A DNA stretch of 64,000 nucleotides, taken from positions 75,430-139,429 of the forward strand of contig JAFGLO010000015.1 in assembly GCA_016927995.1 (NCBI GenBank), written 5' to 3'. How positions within the stretch are numbered: the first letter of the stretch is position 1; the number at the start of each line of letters is the position of its first letter. This document shows, one piece after another, positions 18,783-29,420 of this stretch. This DNA comes from Candidatus Dojkabacteria bacterium. GTDB lineage: Bacteria; Patescibacteriota; Dojkabacteria; JAFGLO01. The translations under genes were made by a program, and so were the position numbers. The notes beneath the pieces are model-generated. The model searched no databases and was not told the DNA's origin. It saw only the letters and a program-made list of their open reading frames with translations.

Positions 18783-20294
18783 ATGAAAATGGACCCAAAG
18801 ACAGGTAAAAAGATACTTCAAATTCTTGGCGTTGTAGGTGCCGTATTTTTTGTGGGAGCTCTAGGATATGCAGTATACGTAAAATTTTTCTGGGGTAAGG
18901 TTTCCGACGAAAATCGTTTAAAAGCACAGGAGTATTACCTTACAGCAATCGATAATATTTCGGACTTGAGCTATTCAACGGCGCTTGAAAATCTAAACGA
19001 AGCTCTTAATCTGGATCCTTATAATATTGACACATATCTTGCAATTTCCAACGTTTACAAGAGTAAAAACCGATATGACCTTCAACTTCAGTTCTTATCT
19101 TCTACTGAAGGAGTAGTAAGATCGGATGAGCGAATTCAGCGTGAGATAGGTATAAGTCAATATAAAAACGGAAGATATGATGAGTGTTCGGCAACGTTGC
19201 AATCACTTTTTAAGGCAAACTCTGTTCAGGAGTCAGATGTATATTTGTTTAATGCCCTGTTAAAGGTCGGAGAATATAATCTTGCAACGGGTTATCTGTC
19301 AGACATAAACAGTTGTGACAATAATTACAAGCAAGCTCTAGTCCTTATAAAAACACTACTTGCGGGTTCTGATTACAACACAGCAATTAACTCTATTTCG
19401 GTTTGTAAGGACACTTCAGCGTTGGGCCCGCTATATACAACTCTTTCCGAGATTAAGAATTCCGAACTGGATGATGCCGGTAAAACCCAAAAAACACTTG
19501 TGGTTATTGCAAACGAGGCACTGAAAAATGGGTTTGACAGATATGTGGTTTATCTGCTTGAGACGAAAATGTCTGAGTTTCAAAACTACTGGGAGCCTAA
19601 CTTTCTATTGGCTTCTGCATATTTTAAGCTTGGGGATGTTAGTAAGGCTTTAGCTTGTGCGCAAACTGCGTGTACTGTTAACCCCTTTAGGTATGAGCCG
19701 GTTTGGTTGATTGCCCAAATAAAATCACAGCAGGGTGATAAGGAAGATGCAATATTAAAATATGAACAGGCTATTCTTTTAGCCGGTGACGAAGCTTCTC
19801 CCGTACAGGAAGAGTATGTTGACTTCTTAATAGCAGGAAATCTTTTTTCGAAGCTTGATATAGAATTTATTTTGGTTGCCGAGAAGTATGAAAGAAATGA
19901 AGAATGGACCGAATATGGGGAAATTTGCTTAAAGGCACTTAACTATTACCTTGGAAAAGACAATGAGCCCAAGGCTACTTATTATGTAAACAAACTTTTA
20001 ACCTACAGTCAGGAAGAGCTTTCCGATTTAGGACTAAATGACATGTTTTATTTACTATATGTTGAATACCTTGTTTCAAAAGGGGACATTTCAACTGCCG
20101 AAGGTATAGTGGCCGATATCACATTCGAGGAACAGATTTTTACCGAATATGTTGTTGGTGTTATTAACTTTACAAAACGTGAAGACAGTGTTGCAATAGA
20201 ACATTTTCGAAAGGCAATTGACATGGATACGCAAGGATTCATAACCGATAAGTCCAAAGAATATCTAAGGATTCTTGGAGTGTCGGTGAAATAG
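18783..20294 (+). CDS. TPR-repeat protein with N-terminal transmembrane anchor
   Basis: Transmembrane helix at residues 10-33. Repeated TPR-like helical hairpins. Confidence 0.5.
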   Translation: MKMDPKTGKKILQILGVVGAVFFVGALGYAVYVKFFWGKVSDENRLKAQEYYLTAIDNISDLSYSTALENLNEALNLDPYNIDTYLAISNVYKSKNRYDLQLQFLSSTEGVVRSDERIQREIGISQYKNGRYDECSATLQSLFKANSVQESDVYLFNALLKVGEYNLATGYLSDINSCDNNYKQALVLIKTLLAGSDYNTAINSISVCKDTSALGPLYTTLSEIKNSELDDAGKTQKTLVVIANEALKNGFDRYVVYLLETKMSEFQNYWEPNFLLASAYFKLGDVSKALACAQTACTVNPFRYEPVWLIAQIKSQQGDKEDAILKYEQAILLAGDEASPVQEEYVDFLIAGNLFSKLDIEFILVAEKYERNEEWTEYGEICLKALNYYLGKDNEPKATYYVNKLLTYSQEELSDLGLNDMFYLLYVEYLVSKGDISTAEGIVADITFEEQIFTEYVVGVINFTKREDSVAIEHFRKAIDMDTQGFITDKSKEYLRILGVSVK

Positions 20295-20422
20295 TAACCG
20301 GTTGATACGATATTGAATTTGCTGTTGTAACTCTATATAATTGCATCATCCATTAGTGCAAAGTATTTCTTGTTTTGTTATACTACGCGCTGTGTTCGGA
20401 TAAATTTATATAGTATCTAATA

Positions 20423-22522
20423 ATGGCAAAGGGTGAAAATATTAAAGTTGACCTTAAACTTTTACGGAATATTGGCATTATTGCCCATATCGATGCAGGC
20501 AAAACAACCACAACGGAAAGTTTACTTTTTTATACCGGAACAACTCATAAAAAGGGTGACATCAACGACGGTAATACAACAACCGACTGGATGGTTCAGG
20601 AGCGCGAAAGAGGAATAACAATTACTTCCGCTGCAATTACGTGCTTTTGGGATTTAAATAACGTTAAGTACAGAATCAACATCATTGATACCCCGGGTCA
20701 CGTTGATTTTACTGCCGAAGTTGAGCGATCACTTCGAGTACTTGATGGCGCCGTTGTTATATTCGACGGAAAAATGGGAGTTGAACCTCAGAGTGAGACT
20801 GTTTGGCGTCAAGCTGACAAGTATCATGTTCCAAGATTTTGCTTTATTAATAAGCTAAATCTTATCGGGGGTGATTTCTATATGAGCCTGGCCAGTATAA
20901 AGGAAAGGCTAAGTTCTAGTGCAGTTGCAGTTCATCTTCCGATTGGTAAAGAATATGAACTTAAGGGTGTTGTCGACCTTCTTTCGCAAAAGGCTTATAC
21001 CTATAAAACATTTGAAGATCAAGAACTTGTCGAGGAAGAAATTCCCGAAAATATGAAAGACCTGGTTACGGAACATAGATCGGAACTTGTCGAAAAAATA
21101 GTTGAATTTGATGATGCTCTCATGGAGAAATATCTCAACGGAGAGATGCCAACCGTTGATGAGCTAAAGCAAGCGCTTCGTAAGGGTGTTGTTGCAGGAA
21201 AAGTGTTTCCCGTGTCCGGAGGAGATTCAAGAAGTCCCGTAGCAAGAAAAATTCTCGATACAGTTGTTGAATATCTTCCTTCTCCGCTTGATATTCCTCC
21301 TGCCGAAGGTGAACTTCCCCAAACCGGCGAAAAGATAAAGGTTAACCCAACCGATGAGGAACCTTTTACAGGGCTTGTCTTTAAAATTATGAACGATCCG
21401 CACGTTGGTAATCTAGCATTCTTTAGAGTGTACAGCGGGGTTTTAAACAAAGGAACGTATGTTGTAAACTCCACCAAGGGAACAAAAGAGCGTGTCGGTC
21501 GTCTTTTATTAATGCACGCTAATCATCGAGAAGAGATTGAATTTGTTCGTACGGGTGATATTGCGGCAGTTGTTGGACTTAAAGACAGCACAACGGGTGA
21601 CACTTTATGCGACGAAAAACGTAAAATTCTTTTGGAAAACATTGTGTTTCCGGATCCCGTTGTCTCAATGGCAATCGAGCCAAAGACAAAGGCCGATCGT
21701 GAGAAAATGGGTATGGCACTTGGAAACCTTATTAAAGAAGATCCAACGCTTAAAGTTTCCACTAATCAAGAGACTGGTGAAACAATAATATCCGGAATGG
21801 GTGAACTTCACTTAGAAATTATTATTGACAGAATGGTGCGTGAATTCGGAGTAGAAACAAATACCGGTTCTCCACAGGTTGCATATAAAGAAACCGTTAG
21901 GGAAGCTGCCGAACGTGAAGGTAAGTTCATTAAGCAATCCGGTGGTAAAGGTCAGTATGGACACTGTGTGCTTGTGGTCGAGCCCCAGGAACCTGGAAAA
22001 GGATTCGAGTTTGTCAATGGAATTAAGGGTGGTGCAATTCCTAAAGAATATATTCCGTCTATTCAGAAGGGTGTCGTAGAGGCAATGCAAAGTGGTGTTG
22101 TGGCCGGTTACCCTGTAGTTGATATCAAAGTAACCTTAAAGGATGGCTCGTTCCACGAGGTTGACTCATCCGATATTGCATTCCAGATTGCCGGAAAAAT
22201 GGCCTTTACTGATGCAATGAAATCGGCTAAACCTTGTCTTTTGGAACCGTACATGAATATTGAAATAATCGTACCTGAAAAATACGTTGGTGATATTAAC
22301 GGATTTGTTAGTAGTAAACGAGGAAGTATTGAAGGTACCGAAATGAAGAATAACCTAAGTGTTATTAAAGGCAGAGCCCCGCTTGCCGAATTGTTTGGAT
22401 TGGCTAAGGAAGTTAGAGCTATTACATCCGGGAGAGGATCGCCGACAATCTTCTTTTCCCATTATGACAGAGTGCCTATGTCGGTAGAGGAGAAAATAAA
22501 GGGAACAACAAACGTTTCTTGA
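20423..22522 (+). CDS. fusA: Elongation factor G
   Basis: GTPase motifs AHIDAGKTT and DTPGHVDF, full EF-G domain order, 699 aa. Confidence 0.95.
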   Translation: MAKGENIKVDLKLLRNIGIIAHIDAGKTTTTESLLFYTGTTHKKGDINDGNTTTDWMVQERERGITITSAAITCFWDLNNVKYRINIIDTPGHVDFTAEVERSLRVLDGAVVIFDGKMGVEPQSETVWRQADKYHVPRFCFINKLNLIGGDFYMSLASIKERLSSSAVAVHLPIGKEYELKGVVDLLSQKAYTYKTFEDQELVEEEIPENMKDLVTEHRSELVEKIVEFDDALMEKYLNGEMPTVDELKQALRKGVVAGKVFPVSGGDSRSPVARKILDTVVEYLPSPLDIPPAEGELPQTGEKIKVNPTDEEPFTGLVFKIMNDPHVGNLAFFRVYSGVLNKGTYVVNSTKGTKERVGRLLLMHANHREEIEFVRTGDIAAVVGLKDSTTGDTLCDEKRKILLENIVFPDPVVSMAIEPKTKADREKMGMALGNLIKEDPTLKVSTNQETGETIISGMGELHLEIIIDRMVREFGVETNTGSPQVAYKETVREAAEREGKFIKQSGGKGQYGHCVLVVEPQEPGKGFEFVNGIKGGAIPKEYIPSIQKGVVEAMQSGVVAGYPVVDIKVTLKDGSFHEVDSSDIAFQIAGKMAFTDAMKSAKPCLLEPYMNIEIIVPEKYVGDINGFVSSKRGSIEGTEMKNNLSVIKGRAPLAELFGLAKEVRAITSGRGSPTIFFSHYDRVPMSVEEKIKGTTNVS

Positions 22523-22611
22523 TTTTTTGAAATCGGTATGCTAAACTCACGTGCTCGTTTCAACGAGAGAGTTTTTCAATACCACAAATAATTAAATTTA
22601 ATTAATAAAAC

Positions 22612-23781
22612 ATGGCTACATACGATAGAAGTAAATCGCACGTAAACGTAGGAACCATAGGTCATATTGACCACGGTAAGACTACGTTGGCTGCGGCTAT
22701 CTTAAAGGTTACGCGCCCGTCCGACTGGGAAGCCGAGCGAGACAAGCTCGACAAAGACCCAACGTCGCGTGCCAAGAGCATTACAATTGCTGCTGCTCAC
22801 ATAGAATATGAAACAGAAAAGCGACACTATGCTCACGTAGATTGTCCTGGCCATAAGGACTATATTAAGAACATGATTACAGGGGCTGCTCAGATGGATG
22901 GTGCAATCCTTGTTATTAGTTCTGTCGATGGACCAATGCCTCAGACAAGAGAGCATGTACTTTTGGCAAGACAGGTTGGCGTTCCAAAGATTTTAGTATT
23001 TATAAACGTTTTTGGTGAGAAGGATGAAGAAATGATTGAACTTATTAAAGATGAAACCAAGGAACTTCTCAAACAATACGAATTCGACGAAAATTGTCCG
23101 TTTGTTGTAGGTAGTGCACTCAAGGCTTTGGAAGGTGATGCAGAGGCAGAAACATCAATCAAAGAGCTTCTAACTGCAATCGATGAATACATCCCCGTTC
23201 CGGAGCGTGCCATTGATAAAGACTTCCTAATGCTTATTGAAGACGTGTTTTCGATCGAGGGTCGTGGAACTGTTGCAACAGGACGTATCGAAAGAGGTGT
23301 TGTAAAGGTTAACGATGAGGTCGAGCTTTTGGGACTTACTAAGGATGTCAAAAAGACTGTTGTTACTGGTGTCGAAATGTTCCACAAGTCACTTGACCAG
23401 GGTATGGCAGGTGATAACGCAGGAATTTTGCTTCGAGGTCTTAAGAAGGAAGAGGTTCAAAGAGGACAAGTTCTTGCAAAACCGGGAACAGTAAATCTAC
23501 ACACTGAATTCAAAGGTCAGGTTTATATCCTTTCCAAGGAAGAAGGCGGAAGACATAAGCCATTTATTACCGGATACAAGCCACAGTTCTATATTGGAAC
23601 AGCTGATGTAACCGGAGAGGTTTCACTTCCGGAGGGTGTAGAAATGGTAATGCCTGGTGATAACGTTGAATTTTTGGTGAAACTTATTGTTCCCGTTGCA
23701 ATCGAGAAAGGAATGAGATTTGCAATTCGTGAAGGTGGACGAACAGTAGGTTCGGGTGTTGTTACCGAGATAGTAAAATAA
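22612..23781 (+). CDS. tuf: Elongation factor Tu
   Basis: [14 protein letters not shown], NKxD. 389 aa. Confidence 0.95.
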   Translation: MATYDRSKSHVNVGTIGHIDHGKTTLAAAILKVTRPSDWEAERDKLDKDPTSRAKSITIAAAHIEYETEKRHYAHVDCPGHKDYIKNMITGAAQMDGAILVISSVDGPMPQTREHVLLARQVGVPKILVFINVFGEKDEEMIELIKDETKELLKQYEFDENCPFVVGSALKALEGDAEAETSIKELLTAIDEYIPVPERAIDKDFLMLIEDVFSIEGRGTVATGRIERGVVKVNDEVELLGLTKDVKKTVVTGVEMFHKSLDQGMAGDNAGILLRGLKKEEVQRGQVLAKPGTVNLHTEFKGQVYILSKEEGGRHKPFITGYKPQFYIGTADVTGEVSLPEGVEMVMPGDNVEFLVKLIVPVAIEKGMRFAIREGGRTVGSGVVTEIVK

Positions 23782-23809
23782 GTTCTTTTAAATTTGGAGC
23801 ATTACTCAA

Positions 23810-24133
23810 ATGGCTGTAAAGATTAAAAAGCTTAGAGTAAAAATTAAAGGTTATGATGCCAAGGTAGTGGAGAGTAGCTCCAAAATGGTACTAGAGGCAG
23901 CATACAGTACTGGTTCTAAAGTTTTAGGACCAGTACTTCTTCCTAGACGAAGGCGGATTTATTGTGTAACCCGCTCACCTCACATTGAAAAAAGGTCGAT
24001 GGAGCACTTCGAGAAGAATTCTCACGTAAGGTTAATCGACATTTTAGAACCGACTGTCCAAACCGTTGACTCATTGCAGCATTTGGAATTACCTGCCGGT
24101 GTCGACGTAGAAGTTAAGTCACTTTTAGAATAA
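23810..24133 (+). CDS. rpsJ: 30S ribosomal protein S10
   Basis: Sequence and its position at the head of the S10 operon. Confidence 0.9.
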   Translation: MAVKIKKLRVKIKGYDAKVVESSSKMVLEAAYSTGSKVLGPVLLPRRRRIYCVTRSPHIEKRSMEHFEKNSHVRLIDILEPTVQTVDSLQHLELPAGVDVEVKSLLE

Positions 24134-24135
24134 AG

Positions 24136-24744
24136 ATGATGTTTATTGGTTTGAAACGGGACATGACTCATGTTTACAAAGATGATATGTCTGTTCCGGT
24201 AACAATAGTAGAGGTGCCGGATAATTATGTGGTATCAAAGCGGTTTGACACAAACAAAGACAAGTGGCTCGTTTCCGTAGGAATTGGTGAAAATAAAAAG
24301 GCCGGAAAAAGAATAAGTGGTCAGTTTAAAAACGTAGGCAAGGTTCCCAAACAGGTAAAGCAGTTTTGGGTGTCAAAAAACGTTGGAGATTTATTAGAGG
24401 TTGGACAGTTGTTAAACCTTGGTGAACAATTTAAAGATATTAAGACCGTATCCGTTTGCGGAAAGAGCAAGGGAAAGGGCTTTGCTAGCGTAATAAAACG
24501 TTGGGGTTTTAAAGAAGGTCCGGAAACAAGAGGTCAAGGGACAATGAAACGTCACCCGGGTTCAATCGGTGCACAGGGTACCGGTAGGGTATTCGCCGGT
24601 AAAAAAATGGCCGGTCGCATGGGTGGTGATTCTATTAAACTTAGCAAGGTCAAGGTTGTTGAAGTTCAGAATAACTTGATACTTTTAAAGGGTGGACTCC
24701 CGGGTTCACGGGGAAGCTGTATTTATATGGAAATCAATAATTAA
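24136..24744 (+). CDS. rplC: 50S ribosomal protein L3
   Basis: Sequence and operon position. Confidence 0.9.
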   Translation: MMFIGLKRDMTHVYKDDMSVPVTIVEVPDNYVVSKRFDTNKDKWLVSVGIGENKKAGKRISGQFKNVGKVPKQVKQFWVSKNVGDLLEVGQLLNLGEQFKDIKTVSVCGKSKGKGFASVIKRWGFKEGPETRGQGTMKRHPGSIGAQGTGRVFAGKKMAGRMGGDSIKLSKVKVVEVQNNLILLKGGLPGSRGSCIYMEINN

Positions 24745-25412
24745 TGGATATTAAAGTTTTCGACTTAACAAACAAAGAAGTATCAAAGATTTCTTTGTCT
24801 CCTTCTGTTTGGAATGTTGACTTTGATCCTGCAGTGATTGAAAAATATGTACAAATTGTTCTTTCAAATCGTAGGGCTTATAGTGCAAGTGTAAAGGATC
24901 GTTCCGAAGTTAGAGGTGGAGGAAGGAAACCTTGGGCCCAAAAGCATACGGGTCGCGCACGTCACGGCTCGATAAGATCACCAATCTGGGTTGGTGGTGG
25001 AGTTGCGCATGGTCCTGTTCCGGGAAAACGTCTAAAGTCAATGAACCAAAAGGAGCGTCAGTTGTTTTACAGAGTTGTATTAAGTAAGCTGGTAAAGGAA
25101 AATCTGGTTACATTTGTTTCTGCAGATTCATTCGAGAAGCTTGATAAAGCTATTTCAAAGGAAACAAAGGGTCTTACTAAATTGGTTTTGAGTAAATTTA
25201 ATAAGTTCTTTAATCCTAACGGACTTGTAATTGTGTCAAATGATACATACAATTCAATTCTTCTAGGACTAAGGAATTTAAATACCGTAAGTGCAATGGG
25301 TGCAAAAAACGTTGACTGGCTTCAAATATTAAATGCGGGTCAGGTAATAATGACAGATTCAGCGGCAAAGCAGCTAAACGATAACTTAGATACAGGTAAA
25401 AAGAATGATTAA
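24744..25412 (+). CDS. rplD: 50S ribosomal protein L4
   Basis: Sequence and operon position. Confidence 0.9.
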   Translation: MDIKVFDLTNKEVSKISLSPSVWNVDFDPAVIEKYVQIVLSNRRAYSASVKDRSEVRGGGRKPWAQKHTGRARHGSIRSPIWVGGGVAHGPVPGKRLKSMNQKERQLFYRVVLSKLVKENLVTFVSADSFEKLDKAISKETKGLTKLVLSKFNKFFNPNGLVIVSNDTYNSILLGLRNLNTVSAMGAKNVDWLQILNAGQVIMTDSAAKQLNDNLDTGKKND

Positions 25413-25680
25413 GCCGGTTGTCTCGGAAAAAAGTTTTAAACAGTCCGACGAACTTAAGTGTTACACGTTTATTACTTCTCCCGAAGAGACAAAAAACACA
25501 GTAAAAACAAAGATTGAGAAAATGTTTGGGGTAGAGGTCGATAAAGTTAGGTCAATATCAGGAAGAACCAAGCGTAGGTTTAACGCGAAAGTAAGGAAAA
25601 CGGTTTCCGGTAAAAAATACAAGAAGTTTTTTGTGTTTGTTAAGCCCGGCAGTGAAATAGAATTTTTTAAGAATAAATAA
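25405..25680 (+). CDS. rplW: 50S ribosomal protein L23
   Basis: Sequence and operon position. Confidence 0.85.
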   Translation: MIKPVVSEKSFKQSDELKCYTFITSPEETKNTVKTKIEKMFGVEVDKVRSISGRTKRRFNAKVRKTVSGKKYKKFFVFVKPGSEIEFFKNK

Positions 25681-25682
25681 TC

Positions 25683-26519
25683 ATGGCACTAAAAAAATAC
25701 AAACCAACAAGTCCGGGTAGAAGGCACAAAGTGGCTGTTCATACGAAGGATTTGTCAAAGGAGAAGCCGCTAAAACGTTTAACGGTTGGTAAGAAAAACC
25801 GTGCGGGTAGAAACAGTCAGGGTAGAATCACTGTTAGACACAGAGGCGGTGGTGCAAAACGGAACTACAGGATCGTTGATTTTAAAAGGAAAAAATTTGG
25901 AATCTCGGCTAAAGTTGAGACAATAGAGTACGATCCTAATAGGGGATCAAATATTGCACGGATTCTGTATGCCGACGGAGAGAGAAGTTACATTCTTGCT
26001 CCGGATGCATTAAAGGTTGGAGATAACGTTATCTCCGGGGAAGATGTTGAAATTAGGATTGGTAACACATGCGCCTTAAAACAAATTCCGTCAGGGACAA
26101 TGGTTCATAATGTTGAGGTTATGCCGGGCGCAGGCGGAAAGCTTGCCAAGGCGGCCGGTTCCGGATTAACAGTTCGTGGTAACAACGGAAAGGGTTATGT
26201 TATTGTAAAGCTGTCATCGGGGGAAGTACGACTTTTAAATGAAAATTGCTTGGCAACAATCGGGATAGTAAGTAATCCCGACAAGCTAAATGTTGTTTTA
26301 GGTAAGGCAGGAACAAGTAGACACTTAGGACGTAGGCCCGAGGTACGAGGAGTTGCGATGCATGCAGTTGAACATCCACACGGTGGAGGTGAAGGTCGTA
26401 ACGGATTCCGAGTTGCAAAAGATATTTGGGGGCACAAAGTTGGTGTCAAGACCCGAAAAAATAAGCGTACGCAGAAGTTCATTATTAAGAGAAGACCTGT
26501 AAAACGAGATAAAAAATAA
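25683..26519 (+). CDS. rplB: 50S ribosomal protein L2
   Basis: Conserved L2 C-terminal domain (GGGEGRN...). Confidence 0.95.
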   Translation: MALKKYKPTSPGRRHKVAVHTKDLSKEKPLKRLTVGKKNRAGRNSQGRITVRHRGGGAKRNYRIVDFKRKKFGISAKVETIEYDPNRGSNIARILYADGERSYILAPDALKVGDNVISGEDVEIRIGNTCALKQIPSGTMVHNVEVMPGAGGKLAKAAGSGLTVRGNNGKGYVIVKLSSGEVRLLNENCLATIGIVSNPDKLNVVLGKAGTSRHLGRRPEVRGVAMHAVEHPHGGGEGRNGFRVAKDIWGHKVGVKTRKNKRTQKFIIKRRPVKRDKK

Positions 26520-26535
26520 TTTATAAGTATGGGTT

Positions 26536-26838
26536 ATGTCCAGATCACTAAAGAAAGGTCCGTATATTAATCCCAAAATCCTGAAGAAGGTTTTAAAACT
26601 TAAGGAAGAGGGAAAGCGTGGCCCTATAAAGGTTTGGGATAAGGCTTGTGTAATAACACCTGACATGGTTGGAATGAACTTTGAGATTCATAATGGAAAA
26701 GATTTTATACCGGTTTTGGTAAATGAATTTATGGTTGGTTTTAGGTTTGGTGAGTTTGTTTTAACAACGAACTTTAAGGGACACAGTAAGAAAGGTAAAA
26801 TCGCAAAGACATATGGTAGTACCGGTCGATTTGAGTAA
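26536..26838 (+). CDS. rpsS: 30S ribosomal protein S19
   Basis: MSRSLKKGPY start and operon order. Confidence 0.9.
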   Translation: MSRSLKKGPYINPKILKKVLKLKEEGKRGPIKVWDKACVITPDMVGMNFEIHNGKDFIPVLVNEFMVGFRFGEFVLTTNFKGHSKKGKIAKTYGSTGRFE

Positions 26839-26855
26839 TTTATTAAATAATTATT

Positions 26856-27215
26856 GTGAAGGGTAGTATATTTAAAGGTCCGGGTACATGCACAAGGAAG
26901 AACGTTTATTCTTCTTTACAGAAGGCAAAACTTGTGGCGGACCTAATTAGAGGAATGGGTTTGCAGGAAGCAAGAGCAACACTTCACCTCTTAAACAAAA
27001 AGGTGGCTGTTGATTTTGACAAATGTTTAATGACTGCATTTGCCAGCCTTGCCGAAAAGGATAAGACTGCTGATGAGTCAAACACAGTAATAAATCAACT
27101 TTCTGTGGCTGAGGGCAGAAGAATACGAAAGGTCATATTCGGAGCAAGAGGGCGGGCAAGCAGAAAGTACAGAAAGTATTGTCATATATATGTTAAGTTA
27201 AACAAAAAGGGATAA
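26856..27215 (+). CDS. rplV: 50S ribosomal protein L22
   Basis: L22 core (ADLIRG) and position. The start codon is uncertain. Confidence 0.85.
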   Translation: MKGSIFKGPGTCTRKNVYSSLQKAKLVADLIRGMGLQEARATLHLLNKKVAVDFDKCLMTAFASLAEKDKTADESNTVINQLSVAEGRRIRKVIFGARGRASRKYRKYCHIYVKLNKKG

Positions 27216-27833
27216 ATGGGGACAAAGATGAACTCGGTGGCCTTAAGAATCGGAATAAACAAGACCTGGACATCTCATTGGTTTGCCAAGAGGGGTGAGT
27301 TCGCCGATTATCTCATGGAAGACATAAAAATTCGAGATTTTGTTCGAGGAAAGCTATCTCATGCAGGACTTGATTCAATAATAATTGAACGACCTGCCGG
27401 GAAATTAATTGTAGAAGCTTCCGTTGCTAAGCCGGGTGTAGCAATTGGTAGACAGGGCGCCGGAATCGAAGAGCTTAAGAAAAGCATTTCCGATATGGTT
27501 GGTAAAGCAGTTGATCTTCGCATAAAGGAATATGGAAACGCAGATCTGTCCGCAAGAATCGTTGGTCAGGAGATTGCAAATGGTATAAATAAAAGACAAG
27601 CACCAAAACTGTTGGCAAAACTTTTCATGAAGAAGGCGATGCAGGCTGGTGCAAAAGGAATAATGGTCTGGGTGTCCGGAAGAATTCGTGGACATAAAGA
27701 TGCAAGGCGATTAAAATTTACCGAAGGATCAGTTCCTTTACAGACACTTCGGGTAAATCTTGATTATGCTTTAGTTACAACCCAGTATCCTGGTGCGGGT
27801 ACCACTAGTGTGAAAGTATGGATAAATCGATAG
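27216..27833 (+). CDS. rpsC: 30S ribosomal protein S3
   Basis: KH domain plus S3 C-terminal domain. Start abuts the L22 stop. Confidence 0.9.
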   Translation: MGTKMNSVALRIGINKTWTSHWFAKRGEFADYLMEDIKIRDFVRGKLSHAGLDSIIIERPAGKLIVEASVAKPGVAIGRQGAGIEELKKSISDMVGKAVDLRIKEYGNADLSARIVGQEIANGINKRQAPKLLAKLFMKKAMQAGAKGIMVWVSGRIRGHKDARRLKFTEGSVPLQTLRVNLDYALVTTQYPGAGTTSVKVWINR

Positions 27834-27874
27834 TTCGTTGATAGTCTTAATTATGTGTGTTAAAATACCAAGCT

Positions 27875-28279
27875 ATGTTACAACCTAAAAGATATAAATA
27901 CGCAAAACAATTTACGAAGCGACCCAGAGGTATTGATGTTAAGTCAACCACTGTGGTTTTTGGTGACTTTGGGTTAAAGGCCATGGAAAACGGCTACATT
28001 ACGTCAAATCAGATAGAATCTGTACGTATGGCCATTAGCCGATTTACCAAAAGAAAAGGAAGAATCTGGGTAAGAATTTTCCCTGACTTGGCAATTACGG
28101 CTAAGCCACCAAGCAGAATGGGTGGCGGTAAAAGTCCAATTGATACCTGGACTGCACCTGTTCGTAAGGGAAGAATTCTGTTTGAAATAGGTGGTGTCGA
28201 TGAAAAAACAACTAAAGGTGCATTCGATTTGGCTAGGCATAAACTACCGATTAAAGTTAAGTTTGTTGAAAAGGTATAA
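27875..28279 (+). CDS. rplP: 50S ribosomal protein L16
   Basis: MLQPKR.. start typical of L16. The ORF track began at an upstream in-frame GTG at 27857. Confidence 0.9.
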   Translation: MLQPKRYKYAKQFTKRPRGIDVKSTTVVFGDFGLKAMENGYITSNQIESVRMAISRFTKRKGRIWVRIFPDLAITAKPPSRMGGGKSPIDTWTAPVRKGRILFEIGGVDEKTTKGAFDLARHKLPIKVKFVEKV

Positions 28280-28494
28280 TGGCTACTGAAAAAAAGAAAG
28301 TTTTAAAACCGAGCAAAACGGTTGACAAGCTTTCAGGGTTAAAAGCAAATGTATTAAAGATTCATTGGGATATAGTTACCGGCAAAGAAACCGACACGTC
28401 AAAGTTAAAGAAAGCTAAGAAAGAAGTCGCAAGATTTCTAACAAACGAGAAAAGTAAATTAATAAAGAGTCCAAATGGCCATTCAGAAAATTAA
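28279..28494 (+). CDS. rpmC: 50S ribosomal protein L29
   Basis: Size, helical pattern and position between L16 and S17. Confidence 0.75.
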   Translation: MATEKKKVLKPSKTVDKLSGLKANVLKIHWDIVTGKETDTSKLKKAKKEVARFLTNEKSKLIKSPNGHSEN

Positions 28495-28714
28495 GGGTGA
28501 AGTAGTAAGTACCGGAATGACTGATACCGTTGTGATTTCCGTAAAGCGGGCCATTTCTCACCCGATTTATTCAAAGCGTGTATTTAAAAGTAAAAAATAC
28601 ATGATTCATGCGCCTGGAGCAAAACTTTCGGTGGGTGATATCATAGAGGCTAAATTGGTAAGACCAATCTCAAAAAACAAAAAATGGGCTTATATTAAGA
28701 AAACAAAAAAATGA
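28475..28714 (+). CDS. rpsQ: 30S ribosomal protein S17
   Basis: Sequence and operon position. Confidence 0.9.
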   Translation: MAIQKIKGEVVSTGMTDTVVISVKRAISHPIYSKRVFKSKKYMIHAPGAKLSVGDIIEAKLVRPISKNKKWAYIKKTKK

Positions 28715-29082
28715 TTCAAAAGGGAAGTAGACTAACAGTTGCAGACAACACCGGAGCCAAAATCGCGGAGGTTATTGGTAACTATGGAGGTTCCGCAAGA
28801 AGATATTCTTCGCTGGGGGACATTGTTATGGTTTCAATAAAAAAGTCAAATCCCGGGGGAACGGTTGAGGCACACGGAAAACATAGGGCAGTAATCGTAA
28901 GGACAACAAAAGAAACCAGAAGGTCCGACGGTAGTCGTATTAGATTTGATGATAACGCTGCAGTAATACTTGATGGCACAACAAAACAACCCAAAGGAAC
29001 AAGGGTTTTTGGTCCTGTCGCAAGAGAAGTAAAAAACAAAGGATTCGATAAAATAAGTTCATTGGCACCAGAGGTACCGTGA
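28711..29082 (+). CDS. rplN: 50S ribosomal protein L14
   Basis: MIQKGSRLTVADNTGAK start. Confidence 0.95.
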   Translation: MIQKGSRLTVADNTGAKIAEVIGNYGGSARRYSSLGDIVMVSIKKSNPGGTVEAHGKHRAVIVRTTKETRRSDGSRIRFDDNAAVILDGTTKQPKGTRVFGPVAREVKNKGFDKISSLAPEVP

Positions 29083-29420
29083 AAATAAGAGTAAACGATA
29101 CAGTTAAGGTTCTTTTAGGAAAAGATGCAGGAAGAACCGGAGTTGTACAGGCAGTAAATCCTAACAAGAATTTAGTGTTGGTTGGTGGTTTAAATATTTT
29201 TAAGAAGCACGTCAAAAAGGATAATAAGGGAGACGGTGGAATAGTCGACATTTCAAAGCCAATTCAGGCTAGTAAGCTTGCTGTTTTATGTCCAAGCTGT
29301 GAAAAGACAACAAGGATTGGATTCAAGAAAACAGACGGAAAAGCCACAAGGGTATGTAAAAAGTGTGGAAAACCCCTAGAAGTAAAAACCCAAAAGTCAG
29401 TTAATTCAGATAAAAAATAA
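29079..29420 (+). CDS. rplX: 50S ribosomal protein L24, with a C-terminal CxxC..CxxC zinc-ribbon-like motif
   Basis: KOW motif at the N-terminus. The C-terminal 35 aa contain CPSC and CKKC pairs. Confidence 0.9.
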   Translation: MKIRVNDTVKVLLGKDAGRTGVVQAVNPNKNLVLVGGLNIFKKHVKKDNKGDGGIVDISKPIQASKLAVLCPSCEKTTRIGFKKTDGKATRVCKKCGKPLEVKTQKSVNSDKK

